Shown here piece by piece: positions 63,470 to 64,000 of a stretch of DNA of 64,000 bases. The number at the start of each line of letters is the position of its first letter. Positions within the stretch are counted from its first letter, which is position 1. The notes beneath the pieces were generated by a model. That model was not told where the DNA came from. It saw only the letters and a program-made list of their open reading frames with translations, and did no database searches. A program made the translations under genes and the position numbers. The stretch comes from an uncultured Chloroflexia bacterium. GTDB lineage: Bacteria; Chloroflexota; Limnocylindria; Limnocylindrales; CSP1-4. Location of the stretch: the NCBI GenBank assembly GCA_963707215.1, contig CAVPPB010000002.1, positions 415,491-479,490 on the forward strand. The letters run 5' to 3'.

Positions 63470-63976
63470 TTAGCCACTGACGAAGAACGAGGTCGTCGCA
63501 AGCTCCTTGTACACGCGGTGTCCGCCCTTCATCACGGCATTGAGGAGGTCGGCGTCGCAGCTCGCCGAGCCGCCACTCCAGCTGGAGCCGGCCAGCTTGA
63601 ACGTCGCGTAGCCGTCCGTGGACCATGTCCCGGTCTTGATGTTCTCCCAGTCCTCGTAGACCCACTGGCCATCCTGGGTGCAGACGACCCGCACATAGAC
63701 CAGGAAGTAGTCCTTGCCCAGCGTCGACAGCGTGGTGACGCTGCCGCCATAGCTCGCGGCCACCCGGGCGGTGGCGGCACTGGCGACGACGATCGAATTG
63801 CCGTTGCCGCCCCGGCCCGCGTCCACGCCCTGGGTCCCGGAGAGGAACCCGGCCGGCGCGTAGATCGGCGAGAGGGCGAGGAGCAGGGCCGCGATGATCG
63901 CGGCGAGGAGGATGGCCTCGGCGGCGGCGCCCAGCGTGTGGCGCACGACCCCCGTGGCCGAGGACAGGGCCTTCAT
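63470..63976 (-). CDS. Small secreted protein, paralog of 58204-58723
   Basis: RBS AAGGAGG; RH.L...AE....A, G.GGNG, V.V.C.Q, F.L...W.GG.A.C.A.L...LAT..F.V. Confidence 0.75.
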   Translation of the reverse strand: MKALSSATGVVRHTLGAAAEAILLAAIIAALLLALSPIYAPAGFLSGTQGVDAGRGGNGNSIVVASAATARVAASYGGSVTTLSTLGKDYFLVYVRVVCTQDGQWVYEDWENIKTGTWSTDGYATFKLAGSSWSGGSASCDADLLNAVMKGGHRVYKELATTSFFVSG

Positions 63977-64000
63977 GGCGACCTCCTTGGTCCGGTTCGA

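Overview
Very GC-rich bacterial chromosomal DNA. Gene style suggests Chloroflexota (Limnocylindria-like) or Actinomycetota; this is inference only. Scattered single-base indels at 34-46 kb and 53-63 kb look like long-read errors. Core content: an ilvBNC-leuA-leuB-cimA operon with a Leu/Ile/Val leader-peptide attenuator, separate leuCD, pheA, pyrE, a DHOD-like gene, mscL, ppk2, a UbiD/AMDase-like catabolic cluster, a Mo-aldehyde oxidoreductase-TusE-cysteine desulfurase trio, acyl-CoA genes, a tasA-sipW operon and two giant repeat-containing secreted proteins. The most striking feature is at 16.7-20.5 kb. A DUF5317-like membrane protein carrying signal-peptidase-II-like Asp motifs is followed by a c-di-GMP-I riboswitch. 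The riboswitch leads two tiny ORFs not called as such in the supplied track, both ending in AG-x-RW-x (MKANLARFTTAVALLASMALTLGAGMRWW and MDTLNIPLEDRVPAVGPMAGHRWS). A multipass-membrane GAF-GGDEF-EAL enzyme follows. Together this is a candidate peptide-pheromone / c-di-GMP feedback system. Also notable: a ~150-bp three-palindrome element in two copies, one overlapping an HTH-nuclease gene; a second c-di-GMP riboswitch within a duplicated surface-protein module; and a candidate 6S-like structured RNA. No rRNA, tRNA or CRISPR array was seen.
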